64,000 nucleotides of DNA from NCBI GenBank assembly GCA_038245905.1, contig JBBRRY010000013.1, forward strand, positions 1 through 64,000, given 5' to 3'. Below, one piece after another: positions 48,949-58,456 of the stretch (its first letter is position 1; every line of letters starts with the position of its first letter). Below the pieces are notes generated by a model that was not told the DNA's origin, made no database searches, and saw nothing but the letters and a program-made list of their open reading frames with translations. Source of the DNA: Thermoanaerobaculia bacterium. Lineage in GTDB: Bacteria; Acidobacteriota; Thermoanaerobaculia; UBA5066. A program made the position numbers and the translations under genes.

Positions 48949-49668
48949 GTGTTTCGCGGGCCGCTCGTCGCGCTCTTGTTCGCGGGCGTCACCCGGGCGG
49001 GGGCCGCCTGGAGCACCGCCCTCGAGACTCCGGCTCCCGCGGCTTCACCCGCGGCTTCCGCGACGACGCCCTCCGGGCCGGCCGTGCTCGTGGACCGCAT
49101 CGCGGCGGTCGTGGGCGACGACATCATTCTCGAGGGCGAGATCCGGAAGCTCGTGGCCGTGGGGTACCTCGAACGAAAAGCCGGTGAGCTCGACACCGCC
49201 TACCGCGACCGGGTCCTCGACCAGCGCATCGTGGACCTGCTGCGCGAGAAGCAGCTCCGAAGATCGTCCGGCTTCGACCCGAAGCCCGAAGAGGTCGAAG
49301 CGCGCGTCCAGGCCCTCGAGGTGCGGCTCGCGAAGGACCGCGGCGTTCCGGCCGCGGCCGCCCTCGCGGCGGCCGGCACGACGCGCGAGGAGCTGGCCGC
49401 CTGGGTGCGCCGCGGGCTCGCGCTCGACAGCTTCGTCAAAGAGCGCCTCACGCCGGGCCTGAAGCTCACGGACGCGAACCTTCGCGCTTACTACGACACG
49501 ATCTTTCGCGACGCGGCGAAGAAGCGAGGCCTGAAGGACGTGCCGCCCTTCGACGACGTCCGTGAGGAGATCCGCGAGGTCGTCCGCGAGCTCCGGCTCA
49601 ACGCCGAGATCGAGCGCTGGACCGAACAGCTCCGGCGCGAGACCCGCATTCTCATTTACCGGCGCTGA
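48949..49668 (+). CDS. SurA N-terminal-domain-like periplasmic chaperone
   Basis: Signal peptide; LVDRIAAVVGDDII; C-terminal WTEQLRRETRI; no PPIase domain seen. Confidence 0.72.
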   Translation: MFRGPLVALLFAGVTRAGAAWSTALETPAPAASPAASATTPSGPAVLVDRIAAVVGDDIILEGEIRKLVAVGYLERKAGELDTAYRDRVLDQRIVDLLREKQLRRSSGFDPKPEEVEARVQALEVRLAKDRGVPAAAALAAAGTTREELAAWVRRGLALDSFVKERLTPGLKLTDANLRAYYDTIFRDAAKKRGLKDVPPFDDVREEIREVVRELRLNAEIERWTEQLRRETRILIYRR

Positions 49669-52027
49669 GTTTTTCGGTGCCCGCGGGCTCGGCTTTCCGG
49701 TAGAGGATCCGGTTCGCGAGGACGCGTCTTACGTATGTGCGCGTTTCCGCGTAGCTGATCGAGGCCAGGAGCGTCTCGGCGGGCGCCTTGGCTCCTCCAG
49801 ACCAGAGCGCCGTCTGGCCGGCTCCGGCGTTGTAGCCCGAGGTCGCGAGAACCGCGTCGCCGTTGAAGCGGGCGAGGAGATTCTTCAGTGTGCGTGCGCC
49901 GAGGCGCAGCGAGCGCGCGGGATCATAGAGGTCGGCATAGGCGGGCGGCGTCTCGTTCAGCTCGCGCGCGGCTTCTCCGGCGGCCGGGAGCGTGAGCTGC
50001 ATGAGGCCGCGCGCTGCGGCCGGAGAGGCCGCCTCGCGGTCGAATCTGCTCTCCTGCCTCATGACGGCGTAAAGGAGATCGCGCGGGACGCCGCTCTGGT
50101 CAGCCGTTTCGGCGACGAGGCGGCCGAAGGGCCTGGGCGCGAGCCCCCGGAGGATCGAGCGGGGTGCGAGGTCGAGGAGGAAGTCGTCGGGCACCATCCG
50201 GTCGAGCGCCTCGGCCGCGTCCAGAGCCGCGGGCCCGGCGTCGGCGTCCTCGGCGAGCCGCGCGGCGACGAGACAGGCGAGCGGCGTCGTGAGATGCGAG
50301 GCGTCGCGCACGATGGGCTCGGCCTCGACCGGCAGGCCGAGCTGCAGGAGGCGGCAGGCGGCGGCGTCTCCGCAGAGCGTGGGGAGGGCATCCTCCGGCA
50401 GGTCGGGCGCGAGCAGGACCTCGGCATATCCGGGGAGCGAACGGTACGCGAGCTTGAGGAGGTCGCGGGCCGCCGTGTCCCCGAGGAGGGCCGCGGGCAG
50501 AAGATGGATCCGGGCCTCCCCGGGTTTTCGGGAGGTGAGGAGCGCTTCGCCGAGCAGCCGCTCGCGGCGGAGAAACGCGTCGCGCGAGCCGGCGGGAAGC
50601 GCGAGAATCCGCTGCGTCGCGAGCTCGCCCGCGAGCGTGAAGGGGCGGGCGGCGAGGAGGGTGGTATAGCCGGCGAGGGCGCCCGCGACGTCGCCGGCAG
50701 CCTCGGCGACGCGGCCGCGCCAGAACGAAAGCTCGCTCTTCCAGGGATCCTTCAGCCTCCCCGAGCGCGCGAGGCGCTCCACGGGAAGCAGGATTCGCCG
50801 CGCGCCGACGCCATCGCCGGCCTCGGCATGCCGCTCCATGAGATGCAGGAGGCCCTCGACGCGCCCCGCTTCTTTCGCGAGCGCGGCCCGCATGAGGATC
50901 GCCTCGGCGCCCGCGAGGTTGCCCTGGCGCATGAGAAGGCGAGCCCGCTGCAGCGCCGCGACGGCCGCGGGACCGACGCGCCCGTTCTCCACCTGCCGGA
51001 ACGCGGCCGCCGCGGCGTCGAGCTGGCCGAGCTTCTCGAGGACCGCACCCACGTTGAAGCGCACCCGCGCGAAAAATGCGTCCGTCCCCGCAGTGTCGTC
51101 TTTCTTTCCCGTCGCGCGCCGCGGGTGGCGCGGCTGCTCGTCCAGAATCTTCCGAAACATGGCCGCCGCTTCGGCGAAACGGCCGCGCGACGCGAGGATC
51201 CTTCCGAGATCGAAGCGGGCGCCCCAGCGCGCGACGTCGCTGCCGGAGCGCGTGGCGCGTGTCTCGCGTTCCGCCGCGAGCCGCTCCGCGAGATCCAGGT
51301 CCCGCTGCGCCCGGGCGGTTTCGATGAGAAGCGGCAGCAGCCGGTCGGAAAGGTCGCGCGTTTCCTTGCCACGGATCTCGCGGGCTAGGACGACCGCGGC
51401 CGCGTCGTCCCGTCGGGCCTCACGCAGGATCTCCTCGCGGAGCGTGGCTGCTCCGGCTTCGTCTCCGGACTGGTCGAGCGCCTCGGAGCGGAGCGCGAGG
51501 AGACGGCGTCTCTCGCGCGACGGCGCGGGAGGCCGTGCCGCGACGAGCCGGTTCAGCGCGGCGACGTCGAGGCGCGTCTCGAGCGCGTCGAGCGCGATGC
51601 GAAGAGCCCGGCGGGAAACGGCGCCTCCCTTTCGCTGGAGGAGCGGAAAGAGGAGCTCGAGCGCGCCGAGCCCGTCCCCGCCCTCGAAGCGAAGCGATCC
51701 GGCCGCGAGACGGGCCGGCACGTCAAGGAGGTCGTCGGCGGACACGTGGCGCTCGAAGAGCGCGATCGCCTCCTCGCGGGCCCCCGTCGCGGCCCGAGCG
51801 CGCGCCTCGAGATAGTCGAAGCGGCCGTCCTGATAGCGCTCGGCGGATTCCTTCTTCAGGGTGGCGAGCCGGTCGAGGACCTCGACCCATTTCCCGGCGC
51901 GCGCGGCGGCCGCGAGGTCGCGTTCGGCCGCGGCGTGGGCCGCGAGAGGCGAGGCCGGGAGGAGGATGAGGAACGCGAGGAGCAGTACGGCAGGGGCGCG
52001 GAAGCGGTCTCTCAGCCCGGCGGCCAC
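49652..52027 (-). CDS. TPR-containing soluble lytic transglycosylase (Slt70-like)
   Basis: AVMRQESRF, ARGLMQL, GYNAG, ETRTYVRRV; TPR-like N-terminal part. Start approximate. Confidence 0.9.
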   Translation of the reverse strand: MAAGLRDRFRAPAVLLLAFLILLPASPLAAHAAAERDLAAAARAGKWVEVLDRLATLKKESAERYQDGRFDYLEARARAATGAREEAIALFERHVSADDLLDVPARLAAGSLRFEGGDGLGALELLFPLLQRKGGAVSRRALRIALDALETRLDVAALNRLVAARPPAPSRERRRLLALRSEALDQSGDEAGAATLREEILREARRDDAAAVVLAREIRGKETRDLSDRLLPLLIETARAQRDLDLAERLAAERETRATRSGSDVARWGARFDLGRILASRGRFAEAAAMFRKILDEQPRHPRRATGKKDDTAGTDAFFARVRFNVGAVLEKLGQLDAAAAAFRQVENGRVGPAAVAALQRARLLMRQGNLAGAEAILMRAALAKEAGRVEGLLHLMERHAEAGDGVGARRILLPVERLARSGRLKDPWKSELSFWRGRVAEAAGDVAGALAGYTTLLAARPFTLAGELATQRILALPAGSRDAFLRRERLLGEALLTSRKPGEARIHLLPAALLGDTAARDLLKLAYRSLPGYAEVLLAPDLPEDALPTLCGDAAACRLLQLGLPVEAEPIVRDASHLTTPLACLVAARLAEDADAGPAALDAAEALDRMVPDDFLLDLAPRSILRGLAPRPFGRLVAETADQSGVPRDLLYAVMRQESRFDREAASPAAARGLMQLTLPAAGEAARELNETPPAYADLYDPARSLRLGARTLKNLLARFNGDAVLATSGYNAGAGQTALWSGGAKAPAETLLASISYAETRTYVRRVLANRILYRKAEPAGTEKLSAGK

Positions 52028-52368
52028 GCGAAGGCCCGCCCGCCGAGGAGATGAAAATGAAGGTGGGAGACGCTCTGGCCGGCGTCGGCGCCGTCGTTGG
52101 TGACGACCCGATAGCTCTCGACGGAAAGAGACTGCGCGACCGCGCGAAGCGCCGCGAGGCACTCTCCGAGAAGCGCGTTGTCGGCGCCCGAGGTCTCGGA
52201 GAGGCGCGCGAGGTGCGTCTTCGGAATCACGAGGACGTGCGTCGGCGCCTTTGGGGCCACGTCGTGGAACGCGAGGACGTTCTCGTCCTCGAAGACGATT
52301 TTTGCTGGGATCTCTCTCCGGCCGATCCGGCAGAAGAGGCACGAGGGATCGGCGAAGGGTTTAATCAC
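52012..52368 (-). CDS. HIT-family nucleotide hydrolase (HinT-like)
   Basis: CLFCRI, DVAPKAPTHVLVIPK, GQSVSHLHFHLLGGR. Confidence 0.95.
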   Translation of the reverse strand: MIKPFADPSCLFCRIGRREIPAKIVFEDENVLAFHDVAPKAPTHVLVIPKTHLARLSETSGADNALLGECLAALRAVAQSLSVESYRVVTNDGADAGQSVSHLHFHLLGGRAFAWPPG

Positions 52369-52375
52369 GCGACGA

Positions 52376-53662
52376 TTATCCGTCGATCCGCTCGACCGAG
52401 GCGCCGAGAGACCTGAGGCGCTCGTCCATGGCCGCATAGCCGCGGTCGAGATGATAGATCCGCCGGACGCGGGTCTCGCCCCTGGCGACGAGGCCCGCGA
52501 GCACGAGCGCCGCCGACGCCCGGAGGTCCGACGCGGTGACGGGCGCGCCCTCGAGAGACGAAGGCCCGCGCACGATCGCCGCGCGCCCCTCGACGCGCAC
52601 GTCGGCGCCGAGGCGCGCGAGCTCGACGGCGTGGAGGAAGCGGTTCTCGAAGATCGTCTCGACGAGGTGCGACGTCCCCTCGGCCTGCGTCATGAGAGCG
52701 AGGAACTGGGCCTGCAGGTCCGTCGGGAAGCCCGGGTGCGGCGCCGTCTCGATGTCGACGGCCGCGAGGGGACGCCCGCCGAAGACGCGCACGGCATCGG
52801 CCGTGACCTCGACGCCGGCTCCCGCCCGGCGGAGCGCGTCGAGGAACGCGCCCAGATCGCGCGCGCGTGCACGTGTCACGGTCACATCTCCGCCCGTGAT
52901 CGCGCCGGCGGCAAGGTAGGTTCCCGCCTCGATCCGGTCGGGCACGATCGCGTGGGGCGACGGACCCGTCCCGGAGAGGCGATCGACGCCTTCGACCGTG
53001 ATCGTCGCCGTGCCCGCGCCTGCGACGCGTGCGCCCATCGTCGTCAGGAGGCGCGCCGCGTCTTCCACCTCGGGCTCCGTCGCCGCGTTCTCGATGACCG
53101 TCGTGCCCTTGGCGAGGGCCGCCGCGAAGAGGACGTTCTCGGTGCCCGTCACCGTGGGCGTGGGAAAACGGATCGTCGTTCCCGTGAGCCGGCCGGTCCC
53201 GCGCCCGACGCGCGACACGTGCGCATGAATGTAGCCCTTCTCGACGGCGATCCGCGCGCCCATCGCCTCGAGTGCCATGACGTGGAGGTCCACGGGCCTC
53301 ACGCCGATCGCGCATCCGCCGGGCAGCGAGACGCGCGCCTCGCCGAAGCGCGCCAGGAGCGGCCCGAGAACGAGGATCGACGCGCGCATCGTGCGTACGA
53401 GGTCGTAAGGCGCCTCGGTCGAGGTGACGCGCGACGCGTCGAGGATCACCCGACCCGGCGCCGGCCGCTCGATTGAGACGCCCATGCCGGCGAGGAGACG
53501 GTTCATGGTGTTGACGTCCGCGAGGTCCGGCACCTCCTCGAGCGTCACGGGGTCCTCCGTGAGGAGCGCGGCGGCGAGCGCCGGCAGGGCGGCGTTCTTC
53601 GCGCCGCTGGCCCGGATGGCGCCATGGAGCCGCACGGGGCCCTTGAGAAGAAAGGCGTCCAT
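52376..53662 (-). CDS. murA: UDP-N-acetylglucosamine 1-carboxyvinyltransferase
   Basis: [47 protein letters not shown]. Confidence 0.97.
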   Translation of the reverse strand: MDAFLLKGPVRLHGAIRASGAKNAALPALAAALLTEDPVTLEEVPDLADVNTMNRLLAGMGVSIERPAPGRVILDASRVTSTEAPYDLVRTMRASILVLGPLLARFGEARVSLPGGCAIGVRPVDLHVMALEAMGARIAVEKGYIHAHVSRVGRGTGRLTGTTIRFPTPTVTGTENVLFAAALAKGTTVIENAATEPEVEDAARLLTTMGARVAGAGTATITVEGVDRLSGTGPSPHAIVPDRIEAGTYLAAGAITGGDVTVTRARARDLGAFLDALRRAGAGVEVTADAVRVFGGRPLAAVDIETAPHPGFPTDLQAQFLALMTQAEGTSHLVETIFENRFLHAVELARLGADVRVEGRAAIVRGPSSLEGAPVTASDLRASAALVLAGLVARGETRVRRIYHLDRGYAAMDERLRSLGASVERIDG

Positions 53663-53702
53663 CAGGGGCGGGAGTGTAGCGGCACCGGCGTCCCGGCTCG
53701 TC

Positions 53703-54563
53703 TCAGAGACGAACCGCCGTGGCCGTGCGCGGGATTCCGGCGGCGTCGAGGCGCATGGCGGTGAGACGGAAGCCCGAGGTCTCGACGAGCGCGGAGACGT
53801 CGCGCGCCTGCCCGTATCCGAACTCGAATACGAACGGGGCGCCCTCCTGGAGGAATGCGGGAAGCGACGCGAGCAGGACGCGCAGGGGGTCGAGGCCGTC
53901 GCCCCCGCCGTAGAGCGCGAGCGGGGGCTCGAACTCCGAGACCGTCTTCGAGAGGTGGGGCGCGTCGGTCACGGGAACGTAGGGTGGGTTCGCGACCACG
54001 AGATCGAAGAGGGGCCGGCGTTGGAATGCCGAGAGCCAGTCGGACGCGATGGGGGTTACGCGCGCGCCGACGCCGTGGCGGCGCGCGTTGGCGGCGGTGA
54101 GAGCGAGAGCCGCGAGAGAGCGATCGGCCGCGACGACGTGTGCGCCGGGGCGGTCGAGCGCGAGCGACACGGCGAGGATGCCGCTTCCCGTCCCCAAGTC
54201 GACGATCCGGCGGGCACCGGCGGCGGCCGCGCGCGCCGCTTCCACGATGCCTTCCGTCTCGCCGCGCGGGATCAGCGCGCGCGGGTCGACGAAAAAAGTC
54301 CGGCCCAGAAATTCCCACTCGCCGAGGAGGTATTGCAGCGGCTCGCCCGCGGCGCGGCGGAGGACGAGCTCCCTGAAGGCCGCCCGAGCCGCCGGCTCCG
54401 CCGGTTCGCTCCGGCGGCCATGGAACCAGGCCCGGGGTCGTGCCGCGGCCCTCGCGAGCAGCTCTTCCGCCTCGTACGGAGCGTGACCCGGGCCCGTGAG
54501 GCGGCGCCGCCCCTCTGCGAGGAGCGCGCCCCAGGTCGTGTCCGGGCTTTTGGAGGACGTCAT
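53703..54563 (-). CDS. prmC: Release factor glutamine methyltransferase
   Basis: GEPLQYLLG, LIPRGETE, DLGTGSG, NPPY. Confidence 0.95.
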   Translation of the reverse strand: MTSSKSPDTTWGALLAEGRRRLTGPGHAPYEAEELLARAAARPRAWFHGRRSEPAEPAARAAFRELVLRRAAGEPLQYLLGEWEFLGRTFFVDPRALIPRGETEGIVEAARAAAAGARRIVDLGTGSGILAVSLALDRPGAHVVAADRSLAALALTAANARRHGVGARVTPIASDWLSAFQRRPLFDLVVANPPYVPVTDAPHLSKTVSEFEPPLALYGGGDGLDPLRVLLASLPAFLQEGAPFVFEFGYGQARDVSALVETSGFRLTAMRLDAAGIPRTATAVRL

Positions 54564-54590
54564 GGGGGCCTCTTGTTTAAGATGGAGCGT

Positions 54591-56144
54591 ATGTCCGGCC
54601 CCCGGATTCTCGTCTTTTTCGGCCTTCTGCTTCTCGCGGCGGGCGTCGTCATCGGCATGCCGTCGTCGCTCGCGCCCGCGGCCGTCGTGATCGCGGCGGC
54701 CGCCGTGCTCGTCCTCATCGGCGCGGACCGGGCCTCGTACAACCCGGGTTTGCGCCCCGACCAGGTGACGTCCAGCCGCGCGGCGTTCGGCCCGGCCGTC
54801 GACGCGCTGGAATCGGTCGCCGTCTACACGCTGGAGCGTTCGGGCCGGATCGGCTACGCGAACCTGGGAGCGCGGCGAGTACTGGACGCGGCCGGGCGCG
54901 GCGTGGAGGGGAAATTGGCGTCGGAGTTCCCCGCCGCCGGTTCCGAGACTCCCGAGATGGTCGAGGGCCTGAACGAGGTCTTCGAAACCGGCAGGCCCCG
55001 GGTGGCGCGGCGGATCATGCTGCTCGCGGACGGCACGACGCGCGTCGAGTCCATCGTCTCGATGACGCCGGTCGTAAGGTACGGCAAGGTCGTCGAAGCG
55101 GCCGTCTGGCGAGTCGATACGCGCGGTCCCGTCGGCGGCGACGAGCACCGCGCGCGCCTCCTCGACTCCTCGCCAGCGGGGCTCCTCGGCGTGGACGCGT
55201 CGGGCCGGATCGAGGCCGTGAGCCGCCGGCTCGCGGAATGGGTCGGGCGCCGTGCGGACGCTCTCGAGGGGCTCGACGTCGAGCGTACCGAGGTGCTGCC
55301 CCAGGCTCTTCGCGGGCACATACGGGCGCACGCCGTGAATCGCGCCGCCCAAGGCACGCCGACCGCGGTCGTCGAGGACGACGTCGTCCTCGTCACGCCG
55401 GACGGGGTCTCACGGGTGTTCCACATCCTGGTCGCCCCGCGCCCGGGCGGAGGCGCCGATGTCGTATTTCTCGACGGCGTCTCGCGGAGGCGCCTCCTCG
55501 CCGAGCTGGACGCAGCACGTCGGGCGCTCGCCGATGCGCGCGAGACCGCCGTGGATGTTCTCCATTCCACGACGAAAGACCTCCGTGCGCGTGCCCGCGA
55601 GATCGTGGCCGCGGCACGGCGCGCGGCGGACGAGTCTTCCGGTCCGATCCAGCGCGCCAAGGCCGAAGCCGAGCTCCTCGTGACGAGCGACGCGTTCCTT
55701 GCGCGGGTGAGCGAGACCGTGCCGGAAGAGGACGGGTCCAGCCGCCGTTCGCTCGGCGGCACGGATGGCCGTCCGCGAGTGTTGCTCGTGGAAGACAACG
55801 AGGAAAATCGCGAGCTCCTTGCCCACATGCTGAGATCCCGAGGCGCCGAAGTCCTCACGGCGGCGAACGGTCGCGAGGCCGTGGACGCGGCGGCGGGCTT
55901 CCGCTTCGACTTCGTCCTCCTGGATCTTCAGATGCCCACGATGGACGGCTTTCAGGTCCTGAGGCGGCTGCGTTCCCTGCCCGGTGGCGGCCGCCTGCCG
56001 GTCGTCGCCCTCACCGCGCTCACGTCCGACCTCGTCAAGGAGCGCTGCGAGGCCGAGGGCATGAACGACTTCGTGAGCAAGCCCGTGACGCTCGCGCGCA
56101 TCGGTGAGCTCGTTGCGAAATGGGGCCGGGCGGGAAGAGCCTGA
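54591..56144 (+). CDS. Membrane PAS-domain protein with C-terminal receiver domain; kinase core appears absent
   Basis: Two N-terminal TMs; two PAS-like regions; receiver VLLVEDN..LLDLQMP..ALTA..SKP; no HATPase N/G boxes. Confidence 0.82.
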   Translation: MSGPRILVFFGLLLLAAGVVIGMPSSLAPAAVVIAAAAVLVLIGADRASYNPGLRPDQVTSSRAAFGPAVDALESVAVYTLERSGRIGYANLGARRVLDAAGRGVEGKLASEFPAAGSETPEMVEGLNEVFETGRPRVARRIMLLADGTTRVESIVSMTPVVRYGKVVEAAVWRVDTRGPVGGDEHRARLLDSSPAGLLGVDASGRIEAVSRRLAEWVGRRADALEGLDVERTEVLPQALRGHIRAHAVNRAAQGTPTAVVEDDVVLVTPDGVSRVFHILVAPRPGGGADVVFLDGVSRRRLLAELDAARRALADARETAVDVLHSTTKDLRARAREIVAAARRAADESSGPIQRAKAEAELLVTSDAFLARVSETVPEEDGSSRRSLGGTDGRPRVLLVEDNEENRELLAHMLRSRGAEVLTAANGREAVDAAAGFRFDFVLLDLQMPTMDGFQVLRRLRSLPGGGRLPVVALTALTSDLVKERCEAEGMNDFVSKPVTLARIGELVAKWGRAGRA

Positions 56145-56147
56145 GGA

Positions 56148-57677
56148 CTACTTCGCCGGCTGCATGAGCTGCCAGTTGCCGGTACCGCCTACATTCGGAT
56201 TGAAGCCCGCGTCGTTGGAGTGCTGGTACCCGCCCTGACCGTCCGTCCAGTGGTACTTCTCGGTGTAGGCGTGCTCGGAGGTTCCGTAGTAGGGGTCCTG
56301 CATGCGCTCGGTGCCGCGGATGTACTGCGAGAAGGAGTCGCTCGTGTGCTGAGCGCTCCGGTTCGCCGCCTGCCGCTGCGCGTCCATCGAGGCGATCATG
56401 GAGTCGTTGTTCGCGCTGATCTGCCGGCTGAGGGCGCCCGCCGCGGCGATCCGCGAGTAGCCCGCGGCCAGGTTGCGCTCGAATTGCGCCGTCAGCTGGT
56501 TCTGCACCTGCTGTCGCCTTTGGTCCCACACGGGGTCGTGCTGGATCGAGGACATCATGTAGCCGAGGAGAGGATGCAGGCTGTCTAGCTGCCCGTCCCG
56601 CGCGCCCATGCTGTGCACGTAACCGAGGACGCGGTGGTTTTCATACGAGGTGCCCTGCGGGCCGTGGTAGGGGATGCGGTTCGGGTGCGAGAGCAGCAGG
56701 AAGAAATCCTCGTCGATCGGGTGCCCGTTCAGCGTGTAGCGCACGCGCGCCGCGAGCGACTCGCCCGCGAAGGGAGGCTTGTGGAGGGCCGCAGCGAGGT
56801 TGCCGATCGGCCTCATCCCGACGATCCTGAGGTTCTGCGCTCTCCCGCGGTAGCGGCCGATCACGAACGATCGCATCGCCTCGGTGGCCGTGATGCCGGG
56901 CCGGTGGATCATCCCGAGCGTCTTGCCGCCGACGCTTACCGAACGGTCCGCGGGCTCGGTCCAGTAGAAACATTCGGCGGGAAACGTCTCGAGCCACGCC
57001 GAGCCGTCGGCGGCGGCGAATCGCGAGCCCACCTGCACGGGCCAGCTCGTGGCCGAATAGTTCCAGACGACGTTGCTCGTCGCGGTCCACCCATCCGGCA
57101 CGGCGACCGTGCTCACGCGGAGCCCGCCCTGAGTCTTGTCCACGATCGCGTAAGGATGAAAGGTCGTGCGGGAAAAGCGCTGCGCGATCTGGCTGAAGAG
57201 ACCCGCGGGGGCGGAGCGAGGCGCCGGCTGCGCCTTGCCCGCCTGGGCGCCGGGCGCGTTCCACCTCATCTGGTACAGCATCACGTAGACGACGACTCCC
57301 GTCACGGAGACGTAGAGCCAGATCGGGAGCGTCCAACGCGCGAGGCGCCGGTGCTTCTCGAACCGGCCGCGCCACGCGAGCGAGAACGTCACGACGGCCA
57401 TCGGGGCGACGGCGGCGGCGAGGACCGTGTGCGTGAGGAGGATGCCGAGGTAAAGCGTGCGCGCGCCGCCCGTCCCGGGAAACCGGACGCTTCCCACCCG
57501 CGCGTGGTACGTGAGATAGCTCGCGAGGAAGAGCGTCGAACAGGTGAATGCGGCAATCATGACGCGGCGGTGGGCGTCTCTCCGGCCCGAGCGGATGAGG
57601 ACCCAGCCGACGGCGAGGAGAACGGCGCTCGTCGCGTTCAGGCAGGCGTTCAGCGTAGGCAGGTCGCGGACGGTCAC
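56148..57677 (-). CDS. DUF420 (CtaM/YozB-like) membrane domain fused to a ~370-aa soluble domain
   Basis: GGAGG plus GTG 57677. LPTLNACLNA, AHRRVM, FLASYLTYH, ILLTHTVLA, HRRLARWTLPIWLYVSVTGVVVY; the frame continues without a stop to 56148. Confidence 0.85.
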   Translation of the reverse strand: MTVRDLPTLNACLNATSAVLLAVGWVLIRSGRRDAHRRVMIAAFTCSTLFLASYLTYHARVGSVRFPGTGGARTLYLGILLTHTVLAAAVAPMAVVTFSLAWRGRFEKHRRLARWTLPIWLYVSVTGVVVYVMLYQMRWNAPGAQAGKAQPAPRSAPAGLFSQIAQRFSRTTFHPYAIVDKTQGGLRVSTVAVPDGWTATSNVVWNYSATSWPVQVGSRFAAADGSAWLETFPAECFYWTEPADRSVSVGGKTLGMIHRPGITATEAMRSFVIGRYRGRAQNLRIVGMRPIGNLAAALHKPPFAGESLAARVRYTLNGHPIDEDFFLLLSHPNRIPYHGPQGTSYENHRVLGYVHSMGARDGQLDSLHPLLGYMMSSIQHDPVWDQRRQQVQNQLTAQFERNLAAGYSRIAAAGALSRQISANNDSMIASMDAQRQAANRSAQHTSDSFSQYIRGTERMQDPYYGTSEHAYTEKYHWTDGQGGYQHSNDAGFNPNVGGTGNWQLMQPAK

Positions 57678-58456
57678 GTGTCCTCCGGGGAGCGCGGCAG
57701 TTCCGGCCGGCCGGCGGGTCCCGCGGGAAAGCGCGCGACGGCGGCGACGGCGGCCCCGAACGTCACGACGGCGAAAGCGATCGTCACGGCGAAGGAAAGC
57801 GCGGGGGACGTCCACGAGGGCACGGCGCCGCCGAGCGCGCGGCGGAGCGCCGCGACCCCGTACGTGAGCGGGTTCACGGCCATCGCCGCGCGGAGCCATG
57901 CGGGAGCGCCGTCGACGGGAAAGAAGGCGCCCGAGAGCAGCCACATCGGGATCAGGAAAAGATTCATGATCGCGTGGAATCCCTGGGTCGACTCGAGGCA
58001 CCATGCGATCGCGAACCCGAGCGCCGTGAGCGCGAAGGCGAGCACGACGAGAAGCGCGGCGGCGGTGAGGAGTCCCGCCGCGTCGGCCTTCAGGCCGGCC
58101 ACGGGCACGAGGACGAGGAGCGGAAGCCCCTGGATCAGGCCGAGCACCGCGCCGCCGAGGACCTTTCCGAGCGCGATCGAGGACGGAGCGACGGGAGACA
58201 CGAGGACGCCCTGGAGGAAGCCTTCGCGCCGGTCCTCGATGACGGAGATCGTGGCGAAGATCGCCGCGAAGAGGACGACGAGGACGACTGTCCCCGGAAA
58301 GAAGTAGCCGAACGAGTCCTCGCGGAGGGACCCCTTGAAGCCGGCCCCCACGAGAACCCACATGACGAGCGGCGGGGCGACCGCGCCGACGACGCGGCTC
58401 TTCTGCCTCAGGAAGCGGACGATCTCGCGGCGCGCGAGGGCGAGAGAAGCGCTCAT
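57674..58456 (-). CDS. ABC-2 type transporter permease
   Basis: REIVRFLRQKSR, DRREGFLQGVLVSP, LSGAFFP, NPLTYGV. Confidence 0.92.
   Translation of the reverse strand: MSASLALARREIVRFLRQKSRVVGAVAPPLVMWVLVGAGFKGSLREDSFGYFFPGTVVLVVLFAAIFATISVIEDRREGFLQGVLVSPVAPSSIALGKVLGGAVLGLIQGLPLLVLVPVAGLKADAAGLLTAAALLVVLAFALTALGFAIAWCLESTQGFHAIMNLFLIPMWLLSGAFFPVDGAPAWLRAAMAVNPLTYGVAALRRALGGAVPSWTSPALSFAVTIAFAVVTFGAAVAAVARFPAGPAGRPELPRSPEDT

Noticed and set aside
53424-54590. Apparent 390-aa N-terminal extension of the PAS-receiver ORF (similarly the extensions of zwf, menC and slt in the ORF track)
   Set aside because: These overlap real neighbouring genes (prmC/murA, tkt, the lipoprotein, HIT); better downstream starts exist.
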